DNA from: a virus | IMG/VR virus record: IMGVR_UViG_3300020595_000028 | Span: 4,955 to 68,954 of that record | DNA: 64,000 nt | Strand: one strand, 5' to 3' | Shown here: positions 28,781 to 36,866 of the stretch, piece after piece | Numbering within the stretch: the stretch's first letter is position 1 | Layout: each line of letters starts with the position of its first letter | The notes under the pieces: generated by a model | Told to the model about the DNA's origin: nothing | Seen by the model: the letters and a program-made list of their open reading frames with translations, nothing else | Database searches by the model: none | Program-made: the position numbers and the translations under genes

Positions 28781-29019
28781 GAGAAAATTACCATAGTTAG
28801 AGTGTTAAAGAAGAACCATATATAGTTACTAAAGTCACGACCCCAGACATTACCAGACAACCAAGAAGAGAACCATGTGGACTGAGCCACCATGTAAATA
28901 CCAGTAGTAAGTATTACCAACATAGTTATAGGTTTCTTATCAGAGAGTTTAGAAGAGCCGAAGAGTAGCACACCAGTAGCAAGCATAAAGGGTATGATGT
29001 CGATGTAATGATGAAACAT
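28750..29019 (-). CDS. 3-TM membrane protein
   Basis: Three hydrophobic segments; first gene after promoter 29272. Confidence 0.55.
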   Translation of the reverse strand: MFHHYIDIIPFMLATGVLLFGSSKLSDKKPITMLVILTTGIYMVAQSTWFSSWLSGNVWGRDFSNYIWFFFNTLTMVIFSWTLIKSDSQ

Positions 29020-29271
29020 GTGCGATATTCCTTAGTCATAAAGGAAATCCTAGTCTTGTAGTCAGGTTCTTTAGGAGTTAGCCTGCCATATTTAAAGATA
29101 TATTTAAGAACATTTAGAAAGAAAGGTATTCTTAAAACTATAAAGTTCTTATGATACTACAAACAAAAACAATATGTCTTTAATGTTATGTATGCTAAGA
29201 ACTCTAGAAAAGAGTGAGAGATTTATCTCTTCCCCCTACCCCCATAGTCCCCCTTCCCCAAGGGGGGTCTA

Positions 29272-29289
29272 TCATTATTCCGCCCCATT
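29272..29289 (-). promoter_or_regulatory. Class II phage promoter-like repeat, start of late (packaging/structural) region
   Basis: AATGGGGCGGAATAATGAT, directly after a terminator. Confidence 0.75.
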
Positions 29290-29310
29290 TATTATCTCAT
29301 ATAATTATAG

Positions 29311-29410
29311 AAAAAAAAAAATATAGTACCTCCTCCCAACACCCCCTCAACCATCCCGTAAGTACTCGTGAGAGTACTCGCAGGACAGAAGAAGAGATGC
29401 TGGGAGGAGG
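29311..29410 (-). terminator. Very long G.U-rich hairpin plus U-tract ending the replication region
   Basis: CCTCCTCCCAGCATCTCTTC pairs with GAGGGGGTGTTGGGAGGAGG, inner GAGTACTC-TCAC-GAGTACTT, then T10. Confidence 0.7.
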
Positions 29411-29418
29411 CTATGGGG

Positions 29419-29880
29419 CTATTTCTTCCAGTGTGATAGACACACCAGTTCTACTTCTTCTGGGTTAGGTTTCTTAGAGACCTCTTCCCAGTATTCTTCA
29501 GCTACTACAACAACAGGGTAGTAACCTTCTTCTATAAACCCAACATGATGAGTCTGTTCATAACGGTACATAGAGTAAGGAAGGCCACCAATAACTCTTG
29601 TTAGGTTAGCTGCCTTCTGTTCTATGGGGTCTGTTACTATGAACTCTTTAGTCATATCTTTCCAGAGATACGTGATAAGCTCACTAGTGAAGTCATCAAC
29701 ACCATAGATAGCGATTAGACTTAAGTCCCGATAGTCTTTCTTGAACTGTTCTTTAGCAGTATCAGGGCGGGGCTTAAGCTTAATCTTATGGGGTTTCTTG
29801 TCGGTAGACCCTTTAGGGCGTCCCGGTTTCTTCTTCTCAGTATCCATACATAAGCTCCTCATGTAGTTCAGAGTAACCAC
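29419..29880 (-). CDS. Hypothetical protein with AT-hook-like KPGRPKGS
   Basis: ORF track; start probably MDTEKK. Confidence 0.55.
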   Translation of the reverse strand: MVTLNYMRSLCMDTEKKKPGRPKGSTDKKPHKIKLKPRPDTAKEQFKKDYRDLSLIAIYGVDDFTSELITYLWKDMTKEFIVTDPIEQKAANLTRVIGGLPYSMYRYEQTHHVGFIEEGYYPVVVVAEEYWEEVSKKPNPEEVELVCLSHWKK

Positions 29881-30070
29881 CTTTTAGTTCAAATATCTGA
29901 GGTACTGTCTTTAGCTCCATATCATCTACTAAGAAGTGTTTCCAGACAGCATCAGTAATACTATCTCCAGAAGTAATATCTACATAGACGTACTTCTTAC
30001 CTTGGGCCTCTAGTAGTTCTTTTGCTTTGTCACAATAAGGACAGTTCTGCCGACCAATAACAAGATACAT
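29837..30070 (-). CDS. Glutaredoxin
   Basis: CPYC active site, TVPQIF, GGY. Confidence 0.9.
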   Translation of the reverse strand: MYLVIGRQNCPYCDKAKELLEAQGKKYVYVDITSGDSITDAVWKHFLVDDMELKTVPQIFELKGGYSELHEELMYGY

Positions 30071-30072
30071 GT

Positions 30073-30279
30073 TTAGCCCTCTTCGTCAGTTGCTTCTTCT
30101 TCTGCATCGTCAATAGCCAACATAAACCCTTCAGCGAAGAATTCGAAGAGCATGTCTTCAATGCTAGCGGAAGTGTCCATTTCGTACTCTTCGATAAAGT
30201 CTGTGAAGGCTTCTTCAATAACATCTTCTAGTGAAGTGTCTAGGTCTTTAGTGATTACATCAGTCATAATATTCTCCAA
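30073..30279 (-). CDS. Highly acidic small protein
   Basis: D/E-rich 68 aa. Confidence 0.55.
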   Translation of the reverse strand: MENIMTDVITKDLDTSLEDVIEEAFTDFIEEYEMDTSASIEDMLFEFFAEGFMLAIDDAEEEATDEEG

Positions 30280-30295
30280 ATTAATTTATAGGTGG

Positions 30296-30478
30296 TTACT
30301 TAGTTTCTTGTCCACGGTTATCTTTATCTTCTTTAAGCCATACTAGGCGGTCGATGTCAGCACGATTAATACCGATATCATTTAGCTCATGGTCTGTTAG
30401 TTGGTTCAGTTGTTTAATAGCCTTGCGATGTTCCCGCCAAGTAGCTAGGAAGTTAACGTATCTCCAAAACATTGTCAT
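30296..30478 (-). CDS. DUF1127 (YjiS-like) protein
   Basis: WREHRKAIKQLNQLTDHELNDIGINRADI matches the DUF1127 pattern. Confidence 0.85.
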   Translation of the reverse strand: MTMFWRYVNFLATWREHRKAIKQLNQLTDHELNDIGINRADIDRLVWLKEDKDNRGQETK

Positions 30479-30849
30479 TAGTCAATTACCCCATCTCTCT
30501 TAAGTTCTAAAAATTGCCTAGCTTGATAAGGGATAATCCCCTTTTCTTCAGACACTCTGTCAACCTCGTCCTCAAACTTTAACTGCGCTTCCTCCTCTGA
30601 ATTTAGCTTACGGTACCCTGTGGCTGAGACAGAAGGGCTTCCCAAATCGTCTTCGTAATCCTCGTAGTTAGATTCAAACCGTAAGCTGCAATTCTCTAAA
30701 CCCCCCGCTTCAGCCTTTTTAATTAATGCAGTCCCTACGTCAAAAACTTCTTGGGGTGTCATGGTTTCCCAATCCCGAAAGGTGTAAGACCCAGCCGATT
30801 TAACCTCTTTCCAAACCCTATAGTCTTTGTAATTTTTTTCATCAGTCAT
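30478..30849 (-). CDS. Hypothetical protein
   Basis: Likely start MTDEKN. Confidence 0.5.
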   Translation of the reverse strand: MTDEKNYKDYRVWKEVKSAGSYTFRDWETMTPQEVFDVGTALIKKAEAGGLENCSLRFESNYEDYEDDLGSPSVSATGYRKLNSEEEAQLKFEDEVDRVSEEKGIIPYQARQFLELKRDGVID

Positions 30850-31103
30850 TCTAGTTCTCCTCTGATTTCTGCCATAGCAGTACATAACATATCTAATAAT
30901 TCTTCAGTGTCTTGATGGGTTGTTGCTGTTAGCAGCTTGCCATCCTTTACGAGTATGACAATAGCTTCACAATCGTTATCTTCAACAACATCTAGCACTT
31001 CATCTATAGTAGAATATAGAGGGTGTTCTTCTACTTTGTCTTGTGCTTCTATTTTAACACGGTTGGCTTCTTTAAAGTCAATAAGACTCACCACGTCTGA
31101 CAT
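30846..31103 (-). CDS. Hypothetical protein
   Basis: MSDVVSLIDFK start. Confidence 0.5.
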   Translation of the reverse strand: MSDVVSLIDFKEANRVKIEAQDKVEEHPLYSTIDEVLDVVEDNDCEAIVILVKDGKLLTATTHQDTEELLDMLCTAMAEIRGELE

Positions 31104-31362
31104 TGTAGACTCCTCCATTCTGTTCTAGTTTATAATCTTCATACGGTGCTACAACACACCGATAGTGTTCAAGAGCTGCACCTTGCAATGCACCCATCAT
31201 CCCTTCCATATCAGCATAACAAGGACGCTTATTACAAGCACACTCGTAGTAGTTCTGAATTAAGGTAGCAATCATGTATTGCAGTTCACCACCATCTTGA
31301 GGCGTGACATGACTAATCTGTTCATCTATTTGAACACGGTCTTGTGGGGTGATATAAGGCAT
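31078..31362 (-). CDS. Conserved phage hypothetical protein
   Basis: MPYI...GELQY..., EHYR.VVAPYED.K..NGGVY. Confidence 0.6.
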   Translation of the reverse strand: MPYITPQDRVQIDEQISHVTPQDGGELQYMIATLIQNYYECACNKRPCYADMEGMMGALQGAALEHYRCVVAPYEDYKLEQNGGVYNVRRGESY

Positions 31363-31479
31363 TTAAGCTCCTAGCCAGTTGATTATTTGTAGTGAAACAT
31401 AGACACAACCCACAAAGGCTGCACCTCGAAGTGCTAGCCCCAAGGTAAATCCAAGTACTTTAGCTGCGGTAATCATAAG

Positions 31480-32184
31480 TTATTTTCCTGTTTTAGTTTG
31501 CATTTGTACACGCTCTCGACGAACGAGTTCACGCATTTCATAGGGGTCTACTACTTCATCAATAATGTTGAAGTCAAAGGCTTCTGTGGCGTGTAGCCAT
31601 ACGTCAGTTGGGCCTAGTAGTTTGTCACGGATAAGAGCACGGGATAGACCTGTGCACTGTTCATAGTGGTTAACCATCCACTCAGAGGTTTGTTCGAAGG
31701 ACTTCATACGACCATAAAGTTCGTGTTCCTTACCCCCTGCCCCTGCCGCGTACTGGTGCGACATGATTTGAGCGGAGGAAGAGGCCATACGGTGTTCACC
31801 AGACATCAGAGTAAGAATACCACACGAGGCTGCAAGGCCAGTAGCGAAAGTATCTACAGGGATGAGTGAGGAGAACATAGTGTCAATAAGAGTTAAGCAG
31901 CTATCAATACGACCCCCCGGAGAGTTAATCATTAGGGTGATACGTTCAGGGGCCAGCTCCTCTTCCATAGAGTTGTATTCCATAATGGCATGAACCAAGG
32001 GCATTACAGTCTCTTGCTTGAAGCTGTCTGACAACATGATGACACCTGCCTCACGCATGTAAGTGCCGGGTTGTGCCATTACTGGTGGTGTTTTAACTTC
32101 TTCTACTGTCTTAGCTGGAGCCTTTTTAACAGGCGCTTTCTTAGCTGGTGTTTTCTTAGGTGTCGCTGCGATAAAGTTAAACAT
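31480..32184 (-). CDS. ClpP-family serine protease
   Basis: ITLMINSPGG, GLAASCG (catalytic Ser), IMSHQ (His), DVWL...EA.....ID. Confidence 0.85.
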   Translation of the reverse strand: MFNFIAATPKKTPAKKAPVKKAPAKTVEEVKTPPVMAQPGTYMREAGVIMLSDSFKQETVMPLVHAIMEYNSMEEELAPERITLMINSPGGRIDSCLTLIDTMFSSLIPVDTFATGLAASCGILTLMSGEHRMASSSAQIMSHQYAAGAGGKEHELYGRMKSFEQTSEWMVNHYEQCTGLSRALIRDKLLGPTDVWLHATEAFDFNIIDEVVDPYEMRELVRRERVQMQTKTGK

Positions 32185-32194
32185 AAATTATTCC

Positions 32195-33160
32195 TTACTT
32201 GATTTTTGCTTCAAACTCACGAAGACGTTTGTATACTGATAGTAGCTCAATAATAGTTGACCATGACTTGAAGAGATACATCATAGAGCCTTCTACACGC
32301 CCAAAGGCACGAAGGATTTGCTGCATAACACCAAGGCTAATAGCGCCAGAAACGATAGCTGGGGCAAGGACAACATAACCTACAAGAACATTAGCCTGTA
32401 GGCAGGATAAGCGTGCTACATTAAACCACATGTAACGGAAGTAGTTTTTGTAGTGAATCTGACGAACATCATCGAAGATTTCGTTCAGGGTCTTTGGACG
32501 AATAGTATCATCGTCTTCCGCTTTAACCAGTACTTTACGGTAAGCAGCTTCTTTGGCTTGGATATCATATTCGATATTAACCAGACGCAAGAGCTGACCT
32601 ACAACTAGAAGTACTACAGTAATACCTGCAGACCAGATAATCGCAGAAGCTACTAGACCATACTGCCACTCTCCGAAGAAAGTAACGGTTAGGCCTTGTG
32701 ATAGCCCCATGAGAATCGGGAAGAAGGCAATTAGAACCATGATAGACTCTACAAAGCTAGTACCGAGACCTTCCATGATACGAGAGAACTTTACAGTATC
32801 TTCTTGTACACGTTGGGAAGCGCCCTCGATGTGACGAGCCTTGTGGAATAAATCGTGGTAACGCTCAGTCATAGAAGTTCTCCAACGGAACAACCAATGC
32901 TGAGTAAAGAAAGCTACTGCAAGAGCTACAGCGATGTAGACAGCAGCAATCTTAAAGAAAGTTAGTAACTCTGCATAGTAAGCAGTAAGAGTAATATCAC
33001 CCTCACCTTTCAGAGCTTGTTGAATCATATCATAGAAACCTCCGAACCATTCGTTAATCTGAACGTCCAGCTGTACTTGATACCATAGTGTTGCGATAAT
33101 AACCGCAGCACCTGCCCAAGACCATAGTAACCATTTGCGAGTTGTAAAGAAAGAAAACAT
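32195..33160 (-). CDS. SbmA/BacA-family peptide transporter
   Basis: QVQLDVQINEWFG.FYD.IQ.AL, FRWRTSM, IEGASQRVQEDT.KF, WSTIIELLSVYKRLREFE. Confidence 0.88.
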   Translation of the reverse strand: MFSFFTTRKWLLWSWAGAAVIIATLWYQVQLDVQINEWFGGFYDMIQQALKGEGDITLTAYYAELLTFFKIAAVYIAVALAVAFFTQHWLFRWRTSMTERYHDLFHKARHIEGASQRVQEDTVKFSRIMEGLGTSFVESIMVLIAFFPILMGLSQGLTVTFFGEWQYGLVASAIIWSAGITVVLLVVGQLLRLVNIEYDIQAKEAAYRKVLVKAEDDDTIRPKTLNEIFDDVRQIHYKNYFRYMWFNVARLSCLQANVLVGYVVLAPAIVSGAISLGVMQQILRAFGRVEGSMMYLFKSWSTIIELLSVYKRLREFEAKIK

Positions 33161-33768
33161 TAGCGAGCACCTCCGTCAAAGATTTCGTACATATAGTCAG
33201 CACGACTCCAAGGTGTTTCTGTCTCATATAGTTTACGTAGTTGTGCAGTATCATTGATAACGATGAACTTACGTGGGGTAGTCTTCTGTAGTAGCGTAGT
33301 AGCGAAGTCTATTGTAACACCTACTTCTAGTAAGTACTTAGACATGTCGTTATAGGCTACACCGAAGTTTTGTGTTATTTGTAGCATAGTAGCCATAGTG
33401 GTTATTTTACTCAAGTAAGGAGCGTGGAACCAAAGTTCACCATCAACAATGACCTTTTTACCAGCTAGTGCAGCAAAGGCACAGGCAGATATACATTTCT
33501 TATCGACTGGGATGATGACGTTAGACCCTTCAGCTTTAATCAGTTTACCAATTCGCAAACCAGCATAGTAGTTTCCACCTTGGCCGTGCATTATTACATT
33601 AAGAACTTCATTATCTTTATTAACACGATAAACTTGGCTGGCTTGATTCATAGTGGTTTGGCCAGTAATAGTCATAGTCTTAGTAGCGTCGTCCCAGAGC
33701 ACAGCAGCGGAAGCGACAGTAGCAGAAGTAATAGTAAGTGCAATAGCAGTTATAATTGATTTAAACAT
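33160..33768 (-). CDS. Secreted ClpP/crotonase-fold protein (COG3904-like)
   Basis: Signal peptide; GGN...GL.IG..I, CISAC..A..AG, FHAPY. Confidence 0.6.
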   Translation of the reverse strand: MFKSIITAIALTITSATVASAAVLWDDATKTMTITGQTTMNQASQVYRVNKDNEVLNVIMHGQGGNYYAGLRIGKLIKAEGSNVIIPVDKKCISACAFAALAGKKVIVDGELWFHAPYLSKITTMATMLQITQNFGVAYNDMSKYLLEVGVTIDFATTLLQKTTPRKFIVINDTAQLRKLYETETPWSRADYMYEIFDGGAR

Positions 33769-33825
33769 TTGTTTTCCTTTCGGGGTTGGAGCAGTTTATA
33801 CACTTACTCAGGTGTTATAGTTTAT

Positions 33826-34215
33826 TTATTTCTCGTTACCCAACATGTAGTGTTTTTCCTCGTAGGTTTCAACGGAGTGACAGTTAGCACAAAGAATCCT
33901 GCATTTAGCCAGCTCTTCTTTTATCCTATTTTTACTCCACCAAGGCTTATAAGCGCCACTGTGCTTGTAGTCACCTATCTTGGGTTCTAAATGGGCCATG
34001 TGTAAAGCAGCGCGGTGAGAAGGGTGTCCAGCACATTCAAGATTAGAACAACCCTTAATAACTTTCCACCTGCCCACAAGAGCGGTCATCTTCTGACGAT
34101 AAGCCCTTTGGTTAGTATTAGCACATTCCTTACACAAGGTATGCTTATTGGTTTTAGACTTGTTTGAGAACAGGTCTGAGGACTTAACTTCATTACATTG
34201 TCTACAAGTTATCAT
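33826..34215 (-). CDS. HNH endonuclease
   Basis: CxxC pairs, HL.P, EELAKCRILCANCH. Confidence 0.75.
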   Translation of the reverse strand: MITCRQCNEVKSSDLFSNKSKTNKHTLCKECANTNQRAYRQKMTALVGRWKVIKGCSNLECAGHPSHRAALHMAHLEPKIGDYKHSGAYKPWWSKNRIKEELAKCRILCANCHSVETYEEKHYMLGNEK

Positions 34216-34230
34216 AATATTTTCCTTTAT

Positions 34231-36102
34231 TTACAAGATATCGCAGCCTCCTCCGCCGCAAGCTAAGGTCTGACTTCCTTCAGTAGTATCTTCCTTCTCG
34301 TAGTTAGATAGTAGTTCAAAGTCAACATCAGGCATTGCCAAGACTGCAGCTTCGAATACTTCCTTAGTACAAGGTTGATACGGCGCTTGTTGGTACGTAT
34401 GTTCTGAGTATGGTAGAAAGCTAACTCCAGTAATGAAGTCAAAGTTCTTATAACACCAATCACCAACTTCTAGCCATTCATCCTCTTTAACATAAACAGT
34501 AACAGACACAGAGTGTTCAGCCCAGTGCTTCTTGTATAGCAACCAGTTTTCTAGTTGTTCAATAGCTGTTTGTTCACTAGCTAGGGTAGCGCCTTCAGGT
34601 GACTTGATAGGGAATGAGAACACAGTAGTCTTACTTGGGTTCATTGCATCAGGTTCACTAGGAACCCCTGCTTCTTTCATAAACGTTGTTAGTGGGTCGT
34701 TGTTGGCTTGTCGGACGGTTCTAATATAGTAGGGAGAGAAACGTCCATGTATGCCAGAACTACTATCAACAAGTTGACTAACAGTACCACTAGGCTTAAT
34801 GGTAGTGATAGCTGTAGCAGGGTTAATACCAAGTTTTTGAGCGTATTCAACGTTTACTTTCTCCGAGTGAGCCTTCAAGCGTTCTAGCATATCAGGGTCT
34901 GGGTTGCGTAGGATTTTACAATCTTGAATACCTGTCAAGGACACACCGAGTAGGCGCTCTTCTTCACAGTTCTTCTGCCATACTTTACGGACGTATTTGA
35001 AGTCAGTAAGTGAAGCTTGTAGTGTTCCAAGGATAGTTGCCATCTTGATTTTGCGGGCGAGGTCTTCTTCAGTATCATTAACACGAGCAACAACCTCTGA
35101 GAGGTTACATAGTTGTCCAGAACGTAGCGCAATTTCTGCACATGGGTTTAAGCCCACAATCTGTGAACCATCACGACGGGTGGGTGCCATGTCCTGTAAA
35201 CCATAACGGGACACAATACCTCGCTCGCCAGAGCCAGACTTTACAAGAGACAACCACTCATCCATGAACACAGTCATAGGTGGTTTGTTCTCATAGACAG
35301 CTGAGTTGTTAGCCAGGGCGCGGTGTGCAGTGGTTTCCCACCAACGACCAGACTTAGCATCACGTACTTCAGGGTCTCCTAAGTCAGACAGAGATATGAG
35401 AGCAGAGCGACGTACACCGCCAACTACTACAACCTCTGCAATCTTACATACCAAGTCATGTACTTCAATAGGACGAAGTTTACGACCAGCAGCATTGCGG
35501 AACATTGCCTCAGTAAAGTCCATAAGTTCTTTAAGAGGCCCAGGTCCACTAGCACGACCCCCCATAGTCTTGAGTCGAGCGCCTTCAGGACGCACCTTAG
35601 AGTAATCCCAAGAATGGATGTTACCAAGGTATAGTTCTGCTACTTGCTTCCGAAGGGCCTTGGCCCAACCTTCAGCACTATCTTCTACCGCAATAACTCT
35701 ATCAGACTTGTTGAAGGAGTCATTGATGATTGGTAGCTTATTTACTGACGCAGCTTCTGCAGAGAAACCAACACCTGTACCTGACATCAAGATATATAGA
35801 ATCTCGTCAAACACTCGTATATGGTCTACTGCTGTGAAGCTACAATTATAACCTCGAAACGGATTCTTGTTGAGAGCATCACCGGCGGCCCAGAGCGCCC
35901 TCATAGACGGCATTACTTCACGTTTCTTAATAGAATCAGTCAGCTCATTAAACTCGACGTCAGTGATGATATTGTTGCTCACCCGCTCACGCCAAAAGTT
36001 AATAAGTCTCTCTACTGTCTCATCCCAGGATTCACGACGACCTTCACCGCCTAGATATCGAGAGTAACGAGATTTGTGAATAAACTGTTCATAGTTGTTC
36101 AT
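34231..36102 (-). CDS. nrdJ: Class II (B12-dependent) ribonucleotide reductase
   Basis: MPSMRAL, YNCSF, GGVRRSA, NPCAEI, TIKPSGTVS, C-terminal CGGGGC; no beta subunit nearby. Confidence 0.9.
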   Translation of the reverse strand: MNNYEQFIHKSRYSRYLGGEGRRESWDETVERLINFWRERVSNNIITDVEFNELTDSIKKREVMPSMRALWAAGDALNKNPFRGYNCSFTAVDHIRVFDEILYILMSGTGVGFSAEAASVNKLPIINDSFNKSDRVIAVEDSAEGWAKALRKQVAELYLGNIHSWDYSKVRPEGARLKTMGGRASGPGPLKELMDFTEAMFRNAAGRKLRPIEVHDLVCKIAEVVVVGGVRRSALISLSDLGDPEVRDAKSGRWWETTAHRALANNSAVYENKPPMTVFMDEWLSLVKSGSGERGIVSRYGLQDMAPTRRDGSQIVGLNPCAEIALRSGQLCNLSEVVARVNDTEEDLARKIKMATILGTLQASLTDFKYVRKVWQKNCEEERLLGVSLTGIQDCKILRNPDPDMLERLKAHSEKVNVEYAQKLGINPATAITTIKPSGTVSQLVDSSSGIHGRFSPYYIRTVRQANNDPLTTFMKEAGVPSEPDAMNPSKTTVFSFPIKSPEGATLASEQTAIEQLENWLLYKKHWAEHSVSVTVYVKEDEWLEVGDWCYKNFDFITGVSFLPYSEHTYQQAPYQPCTKEVFEAAVLAMPDVDFELLSNYEKEDTTEGSQTLACGGGGCDIL

Positions 36103-36112
36103 TTTTTATTCC

Positions 36113-36439
36113 TTAGTTATTTTTTAGTGATTCATATTGTGCTACAAGTGTAGCCTTGCTGTGACGACGGTCTAGCTCAACATCAAACTCTTCACGAGCA
36201 AGCGTTTCAATTTCACGCTTAGTCATGTCATCAAAGTCTACTTTAACTTCTTCTTCTACGATTTCTTCACACCCACCGTTGTGGTAAATGTCCCAATACT
36301 CCCAGCAGAATGTCTTTTCATCGTCAGACAACTTACTGTCATTTAAATAGATTTCTAGATGGTCTTTATTCTTAATAGCAAGTAGGATGAAATTATGAAA
36401 GTGTTCATAAGCTTTATTTAGTTCTGGTTTAATTTGCAT
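36113..36439 (-). CDS. Hypothetical protein with small C-terminal helical nucleic-acid-binding-like domain
   Basis: DDMTKREI...ELDRRHSKATLV. Confidence 0.5.
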   Translation of the reverse strand: MQIKPELNKAYEHFHNFILLAIKNKDHLEIYLNDSKLSDDEKTFCWEYWDIYHNGGCEEIVEEEVKVDFDDMTKREIETLAREEFDVELDRRHSKATLVAQYESLKNN

Positions 36440-36584
36440 TAGTTTGTTCCTTTGTTTTCTTTAGTTCAGCTTTGTAAGCAACCCAAGCAGCATCACGAGC
36501 ATCAGCAGTAGCCGCCCCAATAGCAAAGCAAGCAGCATCCAACTCAGCTTCAGCAGCAGCCTTCAGCTTTTCAAGTTTAGTCAT
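36429..36584 (-). CDS. Ala-rich mini-gene family member 1 (51 aa)
   Basis: Manually read: MTKLEKLKAAAEAELDAACFAIGAATADARDAAWVAYKAELKKTKEQTNAN. Confidence 0.6.
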   Translation of the reverse strand: MTKLEKLKAAAEAELDAACFAIGAATADARDAAWVAYKAELKKTKEQTNAN

Positions 36585-36595
36585 TAGAGTTCTCC

Positions 36596-36802
36596 TTAAT
36601 GTAATTTACGTTTAGGTAAAACGTCTAGTGCTTCGTGGGCGTACCAGTATAGCACTTGATTTTCTTCAGGGTCTTCATTATAATCTTCTACTGTGCCTTC
36701 AACAAAAGCAGCGACGTTAGGTGAGAGTTGTGATAAATTACACTTACCGTCCACTGCCATGTTGAGGATAATACTTATTAGGATTGCTTCTTGTTCTGTC
36801 AT
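36596..36802 (-). CDS. Hypothetical protein
   Basis: ORF with RBS. Confidence 0.5.
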   Translation of the reverse strand: MTEQEAILISIILNMAVDGKCNLSQLSPNVAAFVEGTVEDYNEDPEENQVLYWYAHEALDVLPKRKLH

Positions 36803-36866
36803 CGTGTAGACTCCCTAGCGTAAAGTAAAGTATACAACACTCTTGTGTTAACATTATCTTAATCAT

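Noticed and set aside
29020-29420. tRNA genes in the larger intergenic gaps (also 5100-5360, 53285-53497)
   Set aside because: No cloverleaf with T-loop GTTCRA and acceptor stem found by eye; tRNAscan would be decisive.
31480-32184. ClpP as prohead protease
   Set aside because: It is located in the nucleotide-metabolism region, far from the portal and head genes.
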